From Hippea sp. KM1 (GTDB lineage Bacteria > Campylobacterota_A > Desulfurellia > Desulfurellales > Hippeaceae), in contig NZ_JAFP01000001.1 of the NCBI RefSeq assembly GCF_000526195.1, positions 1,316,014 to 1,380,013 of the forward strand: a stretch of 64,000 nt of DNA. Reading direction: 5' to 3'. This document shows positions 20,079 to 29,384 of the stretch, piece after piece (within the stretch, counting starts at the first letter, position 1; the number at the start of each line of letters is the position of its first letter). Under the pieces are notes generated by a model that did no database searches, was not told where the DNA came from, and saw nothing but the letters and a program-made list of their open reading frames with translations. The position numbers and the translations under genes were made by a program.

Positions 20079-20440
20079 CTCGGAATCTCCTTAACTGTAA
20101 TTTTAATAAGAGTTTGATCTTCAGCATTTACCTCAACTAACACATCATACCCCTTTTTTAAAAGCCTATTTGTTTTAAGCAAAGTTTTATTACCTTTTGC
20201 AAGTAATACTAACGAACCAAATTTAATATTTGTTTTGCTAGTAATAAAGTAATTTTCTTTTTTTTGTGTTTTAAAGTTAAAAATAGTTAGAATATTTTTA
20301 TTTATTCTAACAATTTCACCTTCGATGCGCTGAAGCTGTATAGATTTAGCAATAACAATACTAGAAAAGAAAGTGATATTAAAAATTAATAACGAAAGCA
20401 ACACAAAAGCATTTTTTATGCTACCCTTTACATGCCACAC
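20075..20440 (-). CDS. Hypothetical small signal-anchored protein, first gene of the pilY1/minor-pilin operon (very AT-rich)
   Basis: 121 aa, with N-terminal hydrophobic segment AFVLLSLLIFNITFFSSIVIA. It overlaps the pilY1 start by 4 nt. I recognise no family. Confidence 0.35.
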   Translation of the reverse strand: MWHVKGSIKNAFVLLSLLIFNITFFSSIVIAKSIQLQRIEGEIVRINKNILTIFNFKTQKKENYFITSKTNIKFGSLVLLAKGNKTLLKTNRLLKKGYDVLVEVNAEDQTLIKITVKEIPR

Positions 20441-20516
20441 ACTTTACCCCCTTCTACCATATTTTCACTTTACATTCTACACCCTCTATGTGAAAAAATC
20501 GTGAAAAAACCGATTT

Positions 20517-20906
20517 TTAGAACGGATAAATACGGCGGGATGGAATAACACCCCTTACTCCACCCCGTGGATTCCTTATATCACCCTCATATCGGGGTAT
20601 TAGATGGATATGCAGATGCATTATGGTTTGACCTGCAATCTGACCAACATTTACACCTATGTTGTATCCGGCTGGCGAAAACTCCCTATCCAAGAAAACC
20701 CTCGCCTGGCTTATTAGCTCATGAATAGCCAACACCTCCTCCCTGGTGGCATCGAAAAAACTCCAGAAATGTCTAAATGGCACTATGAGCATATGACCTC
20801 TGTTTACAGGGTATTTATCAAAGATGGCATAACAGAGATGATTTTTAAGAATTATATCAAGCTTCTCTGTATCGCAAAAGATACACCTATTCTTCTTGTT
20901 CGACAC
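20517..20906 (-). CDS. HIT-family (histidine triad) nucleotide hydrolase/transferase
   Basis: Histidine triad HLHIHLIPR near the C-terminus, plus a CxxC N-terminal element. Confidence 0.8.
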   Translation of the reverse strand: MSNKKNRCIFCDTEKLDIILKNHLCYAIFDKYPVNRGHMLIVPFRHFWSFFDATREEVLAIHELISQARVFLDREFSPAGYNIGVNVGQIAGQTIMHLHIHLIPRYEGDIRNPRGGVRGVIPSRRIYPF

Positions 20907-21180
20907 CCTCTTCTATCTCTATGGCTTTTGAATTAATTAATGCATCTGCTATCTTCTGATGCGCCCTTTCTATAATCCGGGAAAAGGTAGGTCTTGAGAT
21001 CTGCATGAGTTCGCTGGCCTGTTGCTGATACATACCCTCAAAATCTGCAAGCCTTATAGCCTCAAGCTCATCATAGCTAAGCGTAACCCTATCAAGCGTA
21101 TTGGCCGGTATGCCGCAGGGCTTAAAACAAACCCTTCCAAATCTAAACCTTACCCTCCCCCTCTTCCTTCTCCTTGGCAT
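20887..21180 (-). CDS. DUF134/UPF0251 small DNA-binding protein
   Basis: MPRRRKRGRVRF..FKPCGIP N-terminus and a sigma-70 region-4-like HTH (QQASELMQISRPTFSRIIERA), typical of UPF0251. Confidence 0.6.
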   Translation of the reverse strand: MPRRRKRGRVRFRFGRVCFKPCGIPANTLDRVTLSYDELEAIRLADFEGMYQQQASELMQISRPTFSRIIERAHQKIADALINSKAIEIEEGVEQEE

Positions 21181-21226
21181 ATCAAAACCTCAATCAAAAA
21201 AAGGGGGCAACCCCTCCCTATCACTG

Positions 21227-23113
21227 TTAATACTTTGCCACGACATCGTATGCATCATGCGTTGCCTGATAAATATCACCAATCTGATTGGCATCGCCGA
21301 TTATCTCAACATTATCAAACTTATCCTTGATCTGCTCATACAGGGACTTCTGCGGTCTTGTTCCTATGCTTGTAATTATCGTATCAAATTTGCCCAGGTT
21401 TTCTTCCTTGCCGTCCTTGCTTATTATAGCACCCTCTTCTGTAAATCTCTCCAATCTCGCGCCTGTTATAATTTTAGCTTTGGGGTTGGTGCTAAGCCTT
21501 GCAAGCGTGAAGTCAGCTGGAAGTTCCTCCAATATATCAACGCCAACAACCTCATCAAACCCTTTATTAATCAAAAGATCCTCCATGGCCTCCCTTCCTA
21601 TCAGGCCAACACCCAACACCAAAGCACGTTTGCCTTTTGGTTGCTTTTCACCCTCAAAGTATGTAAAGGCATCAAGGGCATATTCATTCTCGATACCCTC
21701 AATCCCCGGAACTGAAGAGGAAGCGCCTGTAGCAACAACGACCACATCGGGATTTTCTGCCTTAATCTTATCGTATGTTGCCTCTTCAAAAACAACCCTC
21801 ACATTATACCTCTCAAGCTCCTTTATCATGGAATTGAGCGGCCTTTGCATAGCATCCTTAAACGGAGGCTTGACAGCCAAATTAAACTGCCCTCCGAGTT
21901 TTTTGGCCTCAAACAACACAACATCATAGCCCTTCATAGCAGCATAGGTGGCAGCCGCCATACCGGCCGGGCCTCCACCAACAACGACAAACTTAAGGCT
22001 CTTGCCGGTCTTTTCGAATCTATCCCTGTTGATAAACGGATTGATTATACAACCTAAACCGATACCGGATTTTACCTTAAGCAGACAACCCTGCAGGCAG
22101 CCTCCGCAGTAATATATCTCATCGTCCCTGTCTTCCTTTAGCTTCTTAACGAATCCTTGATCGCAGGCCAACGACTTACCAAGACCAATGAGATCGGCCC
22201 ACCCCTCATTTAAGGCGGACTCTATCTTGCTTTTATCAGCCATCCTTCCATCAACAATTAGCGGCAGTTTTGTTAGGGACTTTATAGCCTTAAAGGCCTC
22301 TATTTGCTTTTCTGTGGGTGTAAATGTTGCAGAATAATACCATGGCGGTGTATCGCATGCATTACCCAAGCCGGCATGTATAGCCACAGCACCGTATGAT
22401 TCAGCCAGATCTATTATGGGCTTATTTGCCTGTGGCGTAATGCCGCCCTCAACAAACTCACTTGCTGCTATTCTAACAATTACCGGCATGCCGTCTGCGT
22501 TCTTAAATACCTCATCAAACACCTCTTTTGCAAACAAAAGCTTATCCTTGCCGTATTCATCACTCCTTTTGTTTAACCTATCGCTTAGAAATTGTGCAAT
22601 AATATAACCCATACCGGCCTGAAGCTCAACGGCATCAAAACCGGCCTCTTTAGCCCTTCTTGTGGCTTCTCCAAAAGCCTTTATTATCTCTTTAATCTGC
22701 TCCTTTGTTAACTCCTGGGGCGTCTGGCCCGTGGCAGGGCATTTTATAGCGGTTGGTGCAAGCGGTGGTTGACCCGATGCCTTTGGGTTGGCTGCCCTTC
22801 CAGCATGATTGAGGTTTAAGCAGGCCAACGAGCCATTCTGGTGTATAACATCCGTAATCTTTCTAAGCTCATCAACGCAGTAATCCTCATCTATACAAAG
22901 CTGCTTGGGGTGCTCCCTGCCGCTTTTTAAAACAGCAACCGGCTCTGTGATTATTAATGCTATCTCTCCCTCTGCCACCTTTTTGTAAAAGTTCAGATGG
23001 AGTTGATTCACCTCCCCCTTGGGGTTGCCGTATGCCGTCTTCACAGGGGCCATGACAAACCTGTTCTTCAGTGTCAAATTGCCCAACCTTACACCATCAA
23101 ACATTCCAGCCAT
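21227..23113 (-). CDS. NADH:flavin oxidoreductase (Old Yellow Enzyme TIM barrel, [4Fe-4S] Cys cluster and C-terminal FAD/NAD(P)-binding domain), 2,4-dienoyl-CoA reductase-like
   Basis: OYE N-terminus LKNRFVMAPV...HAGR. Cys cluster CGGCLQGCLLKVKSGIGLGC. VVVGGGPAGMAAA dinucleotide-binding motif. A minus-strand promoter TTGACA-N16-TATTAT lies at about 23170-23197. Confidence 0.8.
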   Translation of the reverse strand: MAGMFDGVRLGNLTLKNRFVMAPVKTAYGNPKGEVNQLHLNFYKKVAEGEIALIITEPVAVLKSGREHPKQLCIDEDYCVDELRKITDVIHQNGSLACLNLNHAGRAANPKASGQPPLAPTAIKCPATGQTPQELTKEQIKEIIKAFGEATRRAKEAGFDAVELQAGMGYIIAQFLSDRLNKRSDEYGKDKLLFAKEVFDEVFKNADGMPVIVRIAASEFVEGGITPQANKPIIDLAESYGAVAIHAGLGNACDTPPWYYSATFTPTEKQIEAFKAIKSLTKLPLIVDGRMADKSKIESALNEGWADLIGLGKSLACDQGFVKKLKEDRDDEIYYCGGCLQGCLLKVKSGIGLGCIINPFINRDRFEKTGKSLKFVVVGGGPAGMAAATYAAMKGYDVVLFEAKKLGGQFNLAVKPPFKDAMQRPLNSMIKELERYNVRVVFEEATYDKIKAENPDVVVVATGASSSVPGIEGIENEYALDAFTYFEGEKQPKGKRALVLGVGLIGREAMEDLLINKGFDEVVGVDILEELPADFTLARLSTNPKAKIITGARLERFTEEGAIISKDGKEENLGKFDTIITSIGTRPQKSLYEQIKDKFDNVEIIGDANQIGDIYQATHDAYDVVAKY

Positions 23114-23293
23114 ATCTAAACCTCCTAAACGATTTAACTCTCATTTAAAACTAAAGACCAACTGGTAAAATAATAACAAAAAATGGGACTTTGTCAATTG
23201 ACGATAATATATGAAATCATAAAAAGTATGTTTTGAAAATTTAAACCCTATCTAATATAATAGTTTACCAATGCCAAAAGAAAGGAGACGGTT

Positions 23294-26200
23294 ATGGGGC
23301 GCAAGATATTTCTATTGTTATTGGCGGGTTTTTTTATCTTTTCAAACCTCTCTGTTGCACAGACGAACCCTATAGACAACCTGACATGCAAGGATATAAG
23401 GGTCTCAAACGACAGGGAGGAGTTTTTGGGCAAAGACATATACGGCGTTTTGTATAAATGCTCGGTGGACAATGCGACGCTTGCAGAAGATCAGATAAGG
23501 CATGCCTTCAGTGATGTAAAGACAATAGAGGACAGGCTCATAGCTAAAAGGATCCAAAAGGATCAGACAATCTGGGTTAAACTCATAAAGGATGATCGTG
23601 AGGTCAGAATCCTCAAACAGACAACCATACAGCCTGGGTCATCCCTTAAGCTAAAGGTAAGAAAACAAAACGAGAGGGTTTACTTCTATTGCAATCACCC
23701 AAACGGCCGATACTTAGCACCAATGATAGACATGCCGAAGGGCTCAGAGGTTAGCTTCCAGATCTACACAACACTCAGAAACGGCAAGCTAAAGACCGTT
23801 GTAAATTACAACAGAAGCCTTGAAGCCCAATACACAAACAACTTCCTTTTGTTGGACTATCCACAGGCAGCTGGCATGTATTTATGCTCAATTGAGGTGG
23901 AATCTGAAAAAATGCCAGCAGAGATTGGCTTTAGTCTAAAGGATTTGTCCAGTTTGCCCAAATTAAACAACTCAGATAAGTTGGGCGGAATACTGTTGAA
24001 AAACATACCATACGGCAGCGCCAAGGTGAGCCCTGAGATAGGTGAGGATATTTACCATCCCTCATTCACCGAAAGCGACCTAATCGGTGATTCAACGCCC
24101 AGCGGTGATGCCGTTTTCTGGCTTCCTTCGGGCTTGTGGCAATTGGATGTTGATCCAGTCACATCGGGCCAAACAAACATAAAGAACCTCAAGGCGCACT
24201 TTATTCCCACCTACGGTGGATACATGACTGTAGTCAACTGGCCTGAGCAGTTGCTTAAACTGTTTGAGGAGCCAAACTCCTTAAAGCTATCAATAATAGG
24301 CAAAAAAATCGGCAAAGACAGGGGCTCTGTTGATATAACGCTTTTAAACTACAAAGACAACAGCACGCTAAATAAAAGCAACTTTTCTATCTATGAGTCA
24401 GGCATTGAGGGTAAGGTTCTATCCGTTGAAAGGATAAAGAGTCCTCCAGATGTTGTTATCCTCCTTGATAGCTCAGGTTCAATGAGAAGATCTATGAGAA
24501 GGGCGAAGGCATCCACAGCCGAATTCATAAAGGGATTGCCCAAAAACAGCAAGGTCTGGCTCATTGAATTTAACTCAACGGTCAAAATACTCTCAAACAC
24601 CGATAAAAGGTCTGCCCTAAAGAGCCTAAAGAAGGTTAGGGCAAGGGGCGCAACGGCCCTATACGATGCCATATTAACGGGATTGGAGATACTATCTCGT
24701 TCAAATAGGCCCACATTGATAGTCTTTACCGATGGCAAGGATTCAAATTACAACGATACAAAACGGCAGAGCAAGGCCACACAGGAGCAGCTGATGGAAG
24801 CAATAAAGAACAGCAATGTGCCCATTTTCACCATAGGGTTTGGAAAAAGCCCGGATGTATCCCTCTTAAGCAGAATAGCATCCCTAACCAAGGCCCAATT
24901 CTATCCGGCAAGGGATCCAAAGGCGCTGGAGATGGTGTTTAGAAGCATCAACGAGAACTTGGGTCATCAATGGCGGGTAGAGTTTTTAAGACCAACATCC
25001 AAAGGCCCATCCATCAAACCGGTCATAGCCATGATGATAGACAATTCAGGCTCTATGGAGGAGGAAATAGAACAGATCAGACAGATACTCGCAGGCTTTG
25101 TTAAAGAGCTGCCCGAGGGCTTTTTGGTTCAGTTATTCACATTCAGCAACAGCGTGGATGTACGGCAGGTATTAACAACGGATAAGGCAAGCCTTTTGAG
25201 GGGCATCTCCCAGATGAAAGCGCTATCCGGCACAAACACCATACTGGCGGTAAAGGAAGCATACCGATTCCTGCATTCCATACCATCGAAGAACAGGTAT
25301 TTGATCTATCTGACGGATGAGGCGATCGAGGTGGAGGATGATGAGAGGGCAAAGTTTGAAACATACCTTAAAAAGCTCAAAGACGACGGTGTTAAATCCA
25401 TCTGGATTGGAATGGTGGACAAAGACAAGACAAAGCCGTTTGAAAGGGTCTCAAAGCTATCGGATGGCACATACATCATAGCCCCAACGCCAGAAAAGAT
25501 AAAGGAATCGCTTATTGAGCTATCCAGGCAACTTAAGGATATCAAATCGTCTGATGTCCATCTTCTAAAGGTCGTATACAAGAACACGGATAGATACGGC
25601 AGGGTAAAGATGGCCTATGATTCAATTCTGATTAACAATAAACTGAATGTAAACACAAAGGATAGCAAGACATTGGAGGGCATAACCTTCAAAAAGGGTG
25701 AAAAGCTCAAACCCTATAGCGGCGAGATATCCAAATTCTTAAGTGGTGATGACATCATAAACAGACAGGTGAAAATCATAAAGCGCATCCCGCTTAATGT
25801 TTCATCGTCCAACAAAGCTGTGAGAATTACGGTAAAGGAAGCGGTGTTTTTGGACAAACTGAGGGGTGTTGAAGCCCCTTCTGGCAAGAGGTTTATGGCA
25901 TTGATCGTGCAGTTTAGAAATATCCTAAAACCCCAGGAGGTTGTGGTTTATCCGAACGGTTCATCCCATCCAGCAAGCTGGGTTGCACAGACAAGCTCAG
26001 CCAACGCAAGGATAGAAAAGAAGATCCCGGATTACCTAATACCCAACGCCAAACTCCATCTGTTCTTAAGGTGGAATAACAGACAGAGTTTTCCTGTATC
26101 CGATGCCACCTATCTTGCACAGACGCCCCTGATTTTACCAGGTGAAAACGAGATATACATAAGACCAAACAAGACCGTGGAGGGTGCGTTGATCTTTGTT

Positions 26201-29200
26201 GTCCCCAATGAGTTCATGAAGCAGAGCTCACTCCATCTATACGATGTGGCTTACGGCCATATAGACATACCCATATCGGGCATCATAAAGATAACAAAGG
26301 AAGAGATAGAGAAGCTCCCGAAAGAGAAGCCGAAGAAGCTATCGGATACATTCTCCATAAAAATAGAGGGGTTCAAGGATAAAAAGAAGATCTCAACGCT
26401 TGAGGCGGACGATAACGAACTCTTCAGGGTGATTCATGCCACACTCATATCCAAGATACAGGCGCACCTATCCTTAGACCCGAGCAAGAGGTTCTATCTT
26501 GCCATTAGCACACCCAAAGGGGATTTCTTCTTCAAGATGCACCCCATTACAAACAGAATTCCGTACGGTTTTTACAAATCGCAACTAATAACCCCGGGCT
26601 CCTTTAATGCCGTATCCATGGTATTTGAGATACCCAAGGTCTTAAAAGACAATCCAGCAAAGCTGGTGATTGACCTTAAGGGCTCACCTGTTGAGATACC
26701 CATAATAAAAGGCTCAATGAACTCAAAGAAACCCATAGCTGTTTCAAAGGCCAAGGGAATAGAGCTTCTCATAAACGGCCTCTATACAGCCCAAAGCGAC
26801 GATTACATAAAGGAGGGGTCTCTAATTGTGGATTTAACGCTTAAGGATAAGCTCGATAACTATTCAACCATGGTTGAGGACTTTTTAGCCTTAAAGCTAA
26901 ACAAAGAGGCGCGCTTAAAATTTAAAAACTTATCGCTAAAAAACGAAAGTGCCGTCATAATGGGAAAGGGGCTTGCAAACTTTGGCTATAACAGGGCAAA
27001 GCTCATACTCGGCGATGTCAACATAGACTATCAATACAACTACACAACGACCATAAGACCCAAACTTGTCGTGCTTAACGGCCAGTCAAGAAGGGTTTTG
27101 GCCATCTTTAACCTACCAAAACCAACAAAGCCCCAAAACTTTATACTCTTCTCCGACATCTTCAAGGATCTCAATCTGAGCATAACCACAACCAAGCCGT
27201 TTAAGGAATACGGGCTTTTGGTTAAGGAGGATGTGTATGAAGAAGATTCCGATTTTAAAGAAAAGCTCGATGAGGCCATAAGCAGGCTAACACAGATACG
27301 GCTCGCAAGCGGTTTTGTAAAACCGGGGAGCATTGAGGCGCCCCAGGCAAGCTTAGACGGTTCAAACCCTAAAGGATTTAACATACCAACGCCGTCTATA
27401 GTATCCTGGGGAGCAAAGAGGTGGAGCAGGATCAAGACGCTTGACGATTTAAAAAGAACAGTATCAGGCATGGAGTTGAAACCATCCGAACTGAGGGCTT
27501 GGGAGGTGGTATACTCCAAAGAGGCCTCACTCACACAGAACTGGATCACCCAAAACGGCATAGCCTACATGACGGAGGCGCTCCTAAACAGCATGGGATA
27601 CTCCTCAAAGAGGCTTACTGTAAGCCTATCTGAGAAAGGGAAAGAACAGATTAAAGAATTCTTCAAGGGATACGATACAGACATATTCGAGCTTCCCGCT
27701 ATTTCATATCAAGACGATAAAGGGGTAAACCACACGCTTGTGCTTCCATTCTTTAAGGAAACATGGCAGATGAGAAATGCAATAGAAAGCATTGAAGAAG
27801 CAGACTACTCCTATCCCCAGGCCTCGATTGAGGTTAGTATTACCGCCCTACCCACAACATCATCGGCCATAAAGGCGTTTACCGACATGGGCAATGCCCT
27901 CGTTGAGGGAGAGAATGAAACAACAGAAACAATAACACTAATTAACAAGAAGCTTCCGTTGAAGGATTTGAGCATGGGGTTTTTGGATATAGGTTTTGTG
28001 CAAACGATGGATTCGGGCAAGGGCAGGATAATAAAGGCCATATTGGACGGTGTCTGTGGCAGGTATGTATCGGAAGAATCGCTTGAGCTTTCAAAGTATA
28101 TCCCGCTATCTGTCAACATCACCATATACTCGAATTCTGAGAAATACACAACGACACGATGGCTAAAGAAAGGTCAGTGGCCAACGGATCTGTTCTTTGT
28201 GTTGGCTGTAAACTCACCGTCTATGACAAGGGAGGCGCTCAAGTATACCAATCAGCAGTGGATGGATAGATACAAGCGCTCAAAAGACCCAAATACCATC
28301 TCTTCACTGCGCTGGTTGGGAAGGGGTATAATAACGAGGTTCATAGGGGCGCAGAGCCTATTTGAAGACTCGCTTTCAAAGAAGCTTAACCTAAAGATAA
28401 AAAGAACCACATCCACTCGGGTCATCGTTGTAAGCTTCAGGGTAACCAAGGATTCAAAATCACCGACGACATCCCTGGATCTGGTCAATGTCTATCCGCA
28501 AATAGAGGCAGACGATCATTCCAAGAGGGCATTTAACATCATTTCGGGCATCTATTACACCAATTTAGAGAAGTTTGCCAATCCAGGAGGGTTTAATGTT
28601 TTTGATCTCTGGAGCCTTTTGCCAAACGATACGAAGATCATGCTTTTATCCCCTCAAGATGCCGAAGACTTAGCAGAAGAACTAAAAAGGCAAAACTATC
28701 CTGGCTGGATGATAAAGCACATAAAGGATACGCAAAATTACCTGCTATTTCCGTCAAAGCCGTTGAATATGGATGGTTACCTAAAAACCGCCTGGCTTGA
28801 GATAGACCCACAAACCTACAGGGTGTATTCGTATTTTGACACAGGTGAGAGGGGGAGCATCACAGAAAGCGCTGTTATAAACGAGAATGTTGCGGCTATG
28901 GTGGATTATATGGTGGGCTTTTGGATGGGTGTTCAAACATCGGTTTGGTCTGTGGCCAGCTTCTCCTTAGAGTTAGACAACTGGGAGGATATAAAAACCC
29001 AGGCCCACGCATTTGCCAGGATGCTGGGGGACTATCTGCAGGCTGTGCTCGAATCAAAGGAGAGGCTATCGTCTATGGATTGGCAGAAATTACAAAAGAT
29101 AGCCCAGGGCAAATACGCAGAGGCATACGGCATAGAGAAGGCCCAATACGGCGGTTTTGACAAAAACAAATTGGCCGAGGATATAAAGAAGGATGCCCAG

Positions 29201-29350
29201 AGCAGGGGCTGGCAATCAAGCGATATTCAGGACATTTTAAAGAAGGGAAACCTAAAGGATATGGCAAAAGAGACAGAGGGAAAATTCAGGAGCAAGTACG
29301 GTGGATTTGTAAATGGCTTTAAAGACGGTGTGGAGTTTTACTTCAAATAA
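23294..29350 (+). CDS. Giant (2018 aa) secreted protein with two tandem von Willebrand factor A domains and a ~1250-aa C-terminal region with no recognisable family
   Basis: RBS AAGGAGA upstream. Signal peptide MGRKIFLLLLAGFFIFSNLSVAQT. First vWA: VVILLDSSGSM...ATALYDAI...LIVFTDGKDS. Second vWA: VIAMMIDNSGSM...SGTNTILAVKEAY...LIYLTDEAIE. I recognise no catalytic motif elsewhere. Confidence 0.6.
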   Translation: MGRKIFLLLLAGFFIFSNLSVAQTNPIDNLTCKDIRVSNDREEFLGKDIYGVLYKCSVDNATLAEDQIRHAFSDVKTIEDRLIAKRIQKDQTIWVKLIKDDREVRILKQTTIQPGSSLKLKVRKQNERVYFYCNHPNGRYLAPMIDMPKGSEVSFQIYTTLRNGKLKTVVNYNRSLEAQYTNNFLLLDYPQAAGMYLCSIEVESEKMPAEIGFSLKDLSSLPKLNNSDKLGGILLKNIPYGSAKVSPEIGEDIYHPSFTESDLIGDSTPSGDAVFWLPSGLWQLDVDPVTSGQTNIKNLKAHFIPTYGGYMTVVNWPEQLLKLFEEPNSLKLSIIGKKIGKDRGSVDITLLNYKDNSTLNKSNFSIYESGIEGKVLSVERIKSPPDVVILLDSSGSMRRSMRRAKASTAEFIKGLPKNSKVWLIEFNSTVKILSNTDKRSALKSLKKVRARGATALYDAILTGLEILSRSNRPTLIVFTDGKDSNYNDTKRQSKATQEQLMEAIKNSNVPIFTIGFGKSPDVSLLSRIASLTKAQFYPARDPKALEMVFRSINENLGHQWRVEFLRPTSKGPSIKPVIAMMIDNSGSMEEEIEQIRQILAGFVKELPEGFLVQLFTFSNSVDVRQVLTTDKASLLRGISQMKALSGTNTILAVKEAYRFLHSIPSKNRYLIYLTDEAIEVEDDERAKFETYLKKLKDDGVKSIWIGMVDKDKTKPFERVSKLSDGTYIIAPTPEKIKESLIELSRQLKDIKSSDVHLLKVVYKNTDRYGRVKMAYDSILINNKLNVNTKDSKTLEGITFKKGEKLKPYSGEISKFLSGDDIINRQVKIIKRIPLNVSSSNKAVRITVKEAVFLDKLRGVEAPSGKRFMALIVQFRNILKPQEVVVYPNGSSHPASWVAQTSSANARIEKKIPDYLIPNAKLHLFLRWNNRQSFPVSDATYLAQTPLILPGENEIYIRPNKTVEGALIFVVPNEFMKQSSLHLYDVAYGHIDIPISGIIKITKEEIEKLPKEKPKKLSDTFSIKIEGFKDKKKISTLEADDNELFRVIHATLISKIQAHLSLDPSKRFYLAISTPKGDFFFKMHPITNRIPYGFYKSQLITPGSFNAVSMVFEIPKVLKDNPAKLVIDLKGSPVEIPIIKGSMNSKKPIAVSKAKGIELLINGLYTAQSDDYIKEGSLIVDLTLKDKLDNYSTMVEDFLALKLNKEARLKFKNLSLKNESAVIMGKGLANFGYNRAKLILGDVNIDYQYNYTTTIRPKLVVLNGQSRRVLAIFNLPKPTKPQNFILFSDIFKDLNLSITTTKPFKEYGLLVKEDVYEEDSDFKEKLDEAISRLTQIRLASGFVKPGSIEAPQASLDGSNPKGFNIPTPSIVSWGAKRWSRIKTLDDLKRTVSGMELKPSELRAWEVVYSKEASLTQNWITQNGIAYMTEALLNSMGYSSKRLTVSLSEKGKEQIKEFFKGYDTDIFELPAISYQDDKGVNHTLVLPFFKETWQMRNAIESIEEADYSYPQASIEVSITALPTTSSAIKAFTDMGNALVEGENETTETITLINKKLPLKDLSMGFLDIGFVQTMDSGKGRIIKAILDGVCGRYVSEESLELSKYIPLSVNITIYSNSEKYTTTRWLKKGQWPTDLFFVLAVNSPSMTREALKYTNQQWMDRYKRSKDPNTISSLRWLGRGIITRFIGAQSLFEDSLSKKLNLKIKRTTSTRVIVVSFRVTKDSKSPTTSLDLVNVYPQIEADDHSKRAFNIISGIYYTNLEKFANPGGFNVFDLWSLLPNDTKIMLLSPQDAEDLAEELKRQNYPGWMIKHIKDTQNYLLFPSKPLNMDGYLKTAWLEIDPQTYRVYSYFDTGERGSITESAVINENVAAMVDYMVGFWMGVQTSVWSVASFSLELDNWEDIKTQAHAFARMLGDYLQAVLESKERLSSMDWQKLQKIAQGKYAEAYGIEKAQYGGFDKNKLAEDIKKDAQSRGWQSSDIQDILKKGNLKDMAKETEGKFRSKYGGFVNGFKDGVEFYFK

Positions 29351-29384
29351 AAAAGGGGAGCCACAGGCTCCCCTTTGCATTTTA
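29351..29384. terminator. Bidirectional rho-independent terminator shared by the convergent giant vWA gene and the MACPF-like gene
   Basis: AAAGGGGAGCC-ACA-GGCTCCCCTTT forms a perfect 11-bp stem at 29352-29376. It is flanked by A-rich sequence on the 5' side and TTTGCATTTT on the 3' side. Confidence 0.8.

Noticed and set aside
20441-20516. AAAATCG...CGATTTT inverted repeat after the HIT gene stop, a possible terminator
   Set aside because: The stem is almost entirely A-U with a long loop. Its predicted stability is too low for a confident call.
21101-21929. Two long plus-strand ORFs (204 aa and 213 aa) overlapping the OYE reductase
   Set aside because: They lie antisense to a well-supported 628-aa gene, and their translations are S/L/P-rich with no motifs. 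They are shadow ORFs.
23191-23202. Perfect 10-bp palindrome GTCAATTGAC between the OYE reductase gene and the giant vWA gene, a possible regulator binding site
   Set aside because: It is most simply explained as a minus-strand TTGACA -35 box (with TATTAT 16 nt away) for the reductase gene, read together with its reverse complement. Similar TTTGTCAA strings at 8337, 10649 and 31531 are all -35 hexamers of minus-strand genes.
27040-27561. 173-aa minus-strand ORF inside the giant vWA gene, along with others at 24391, 25143, 25306 and 28252
   Set aside because: They lie antisense within a continuous 6-kb coding frame that has consistent codon usage. No independent evidence supports them.
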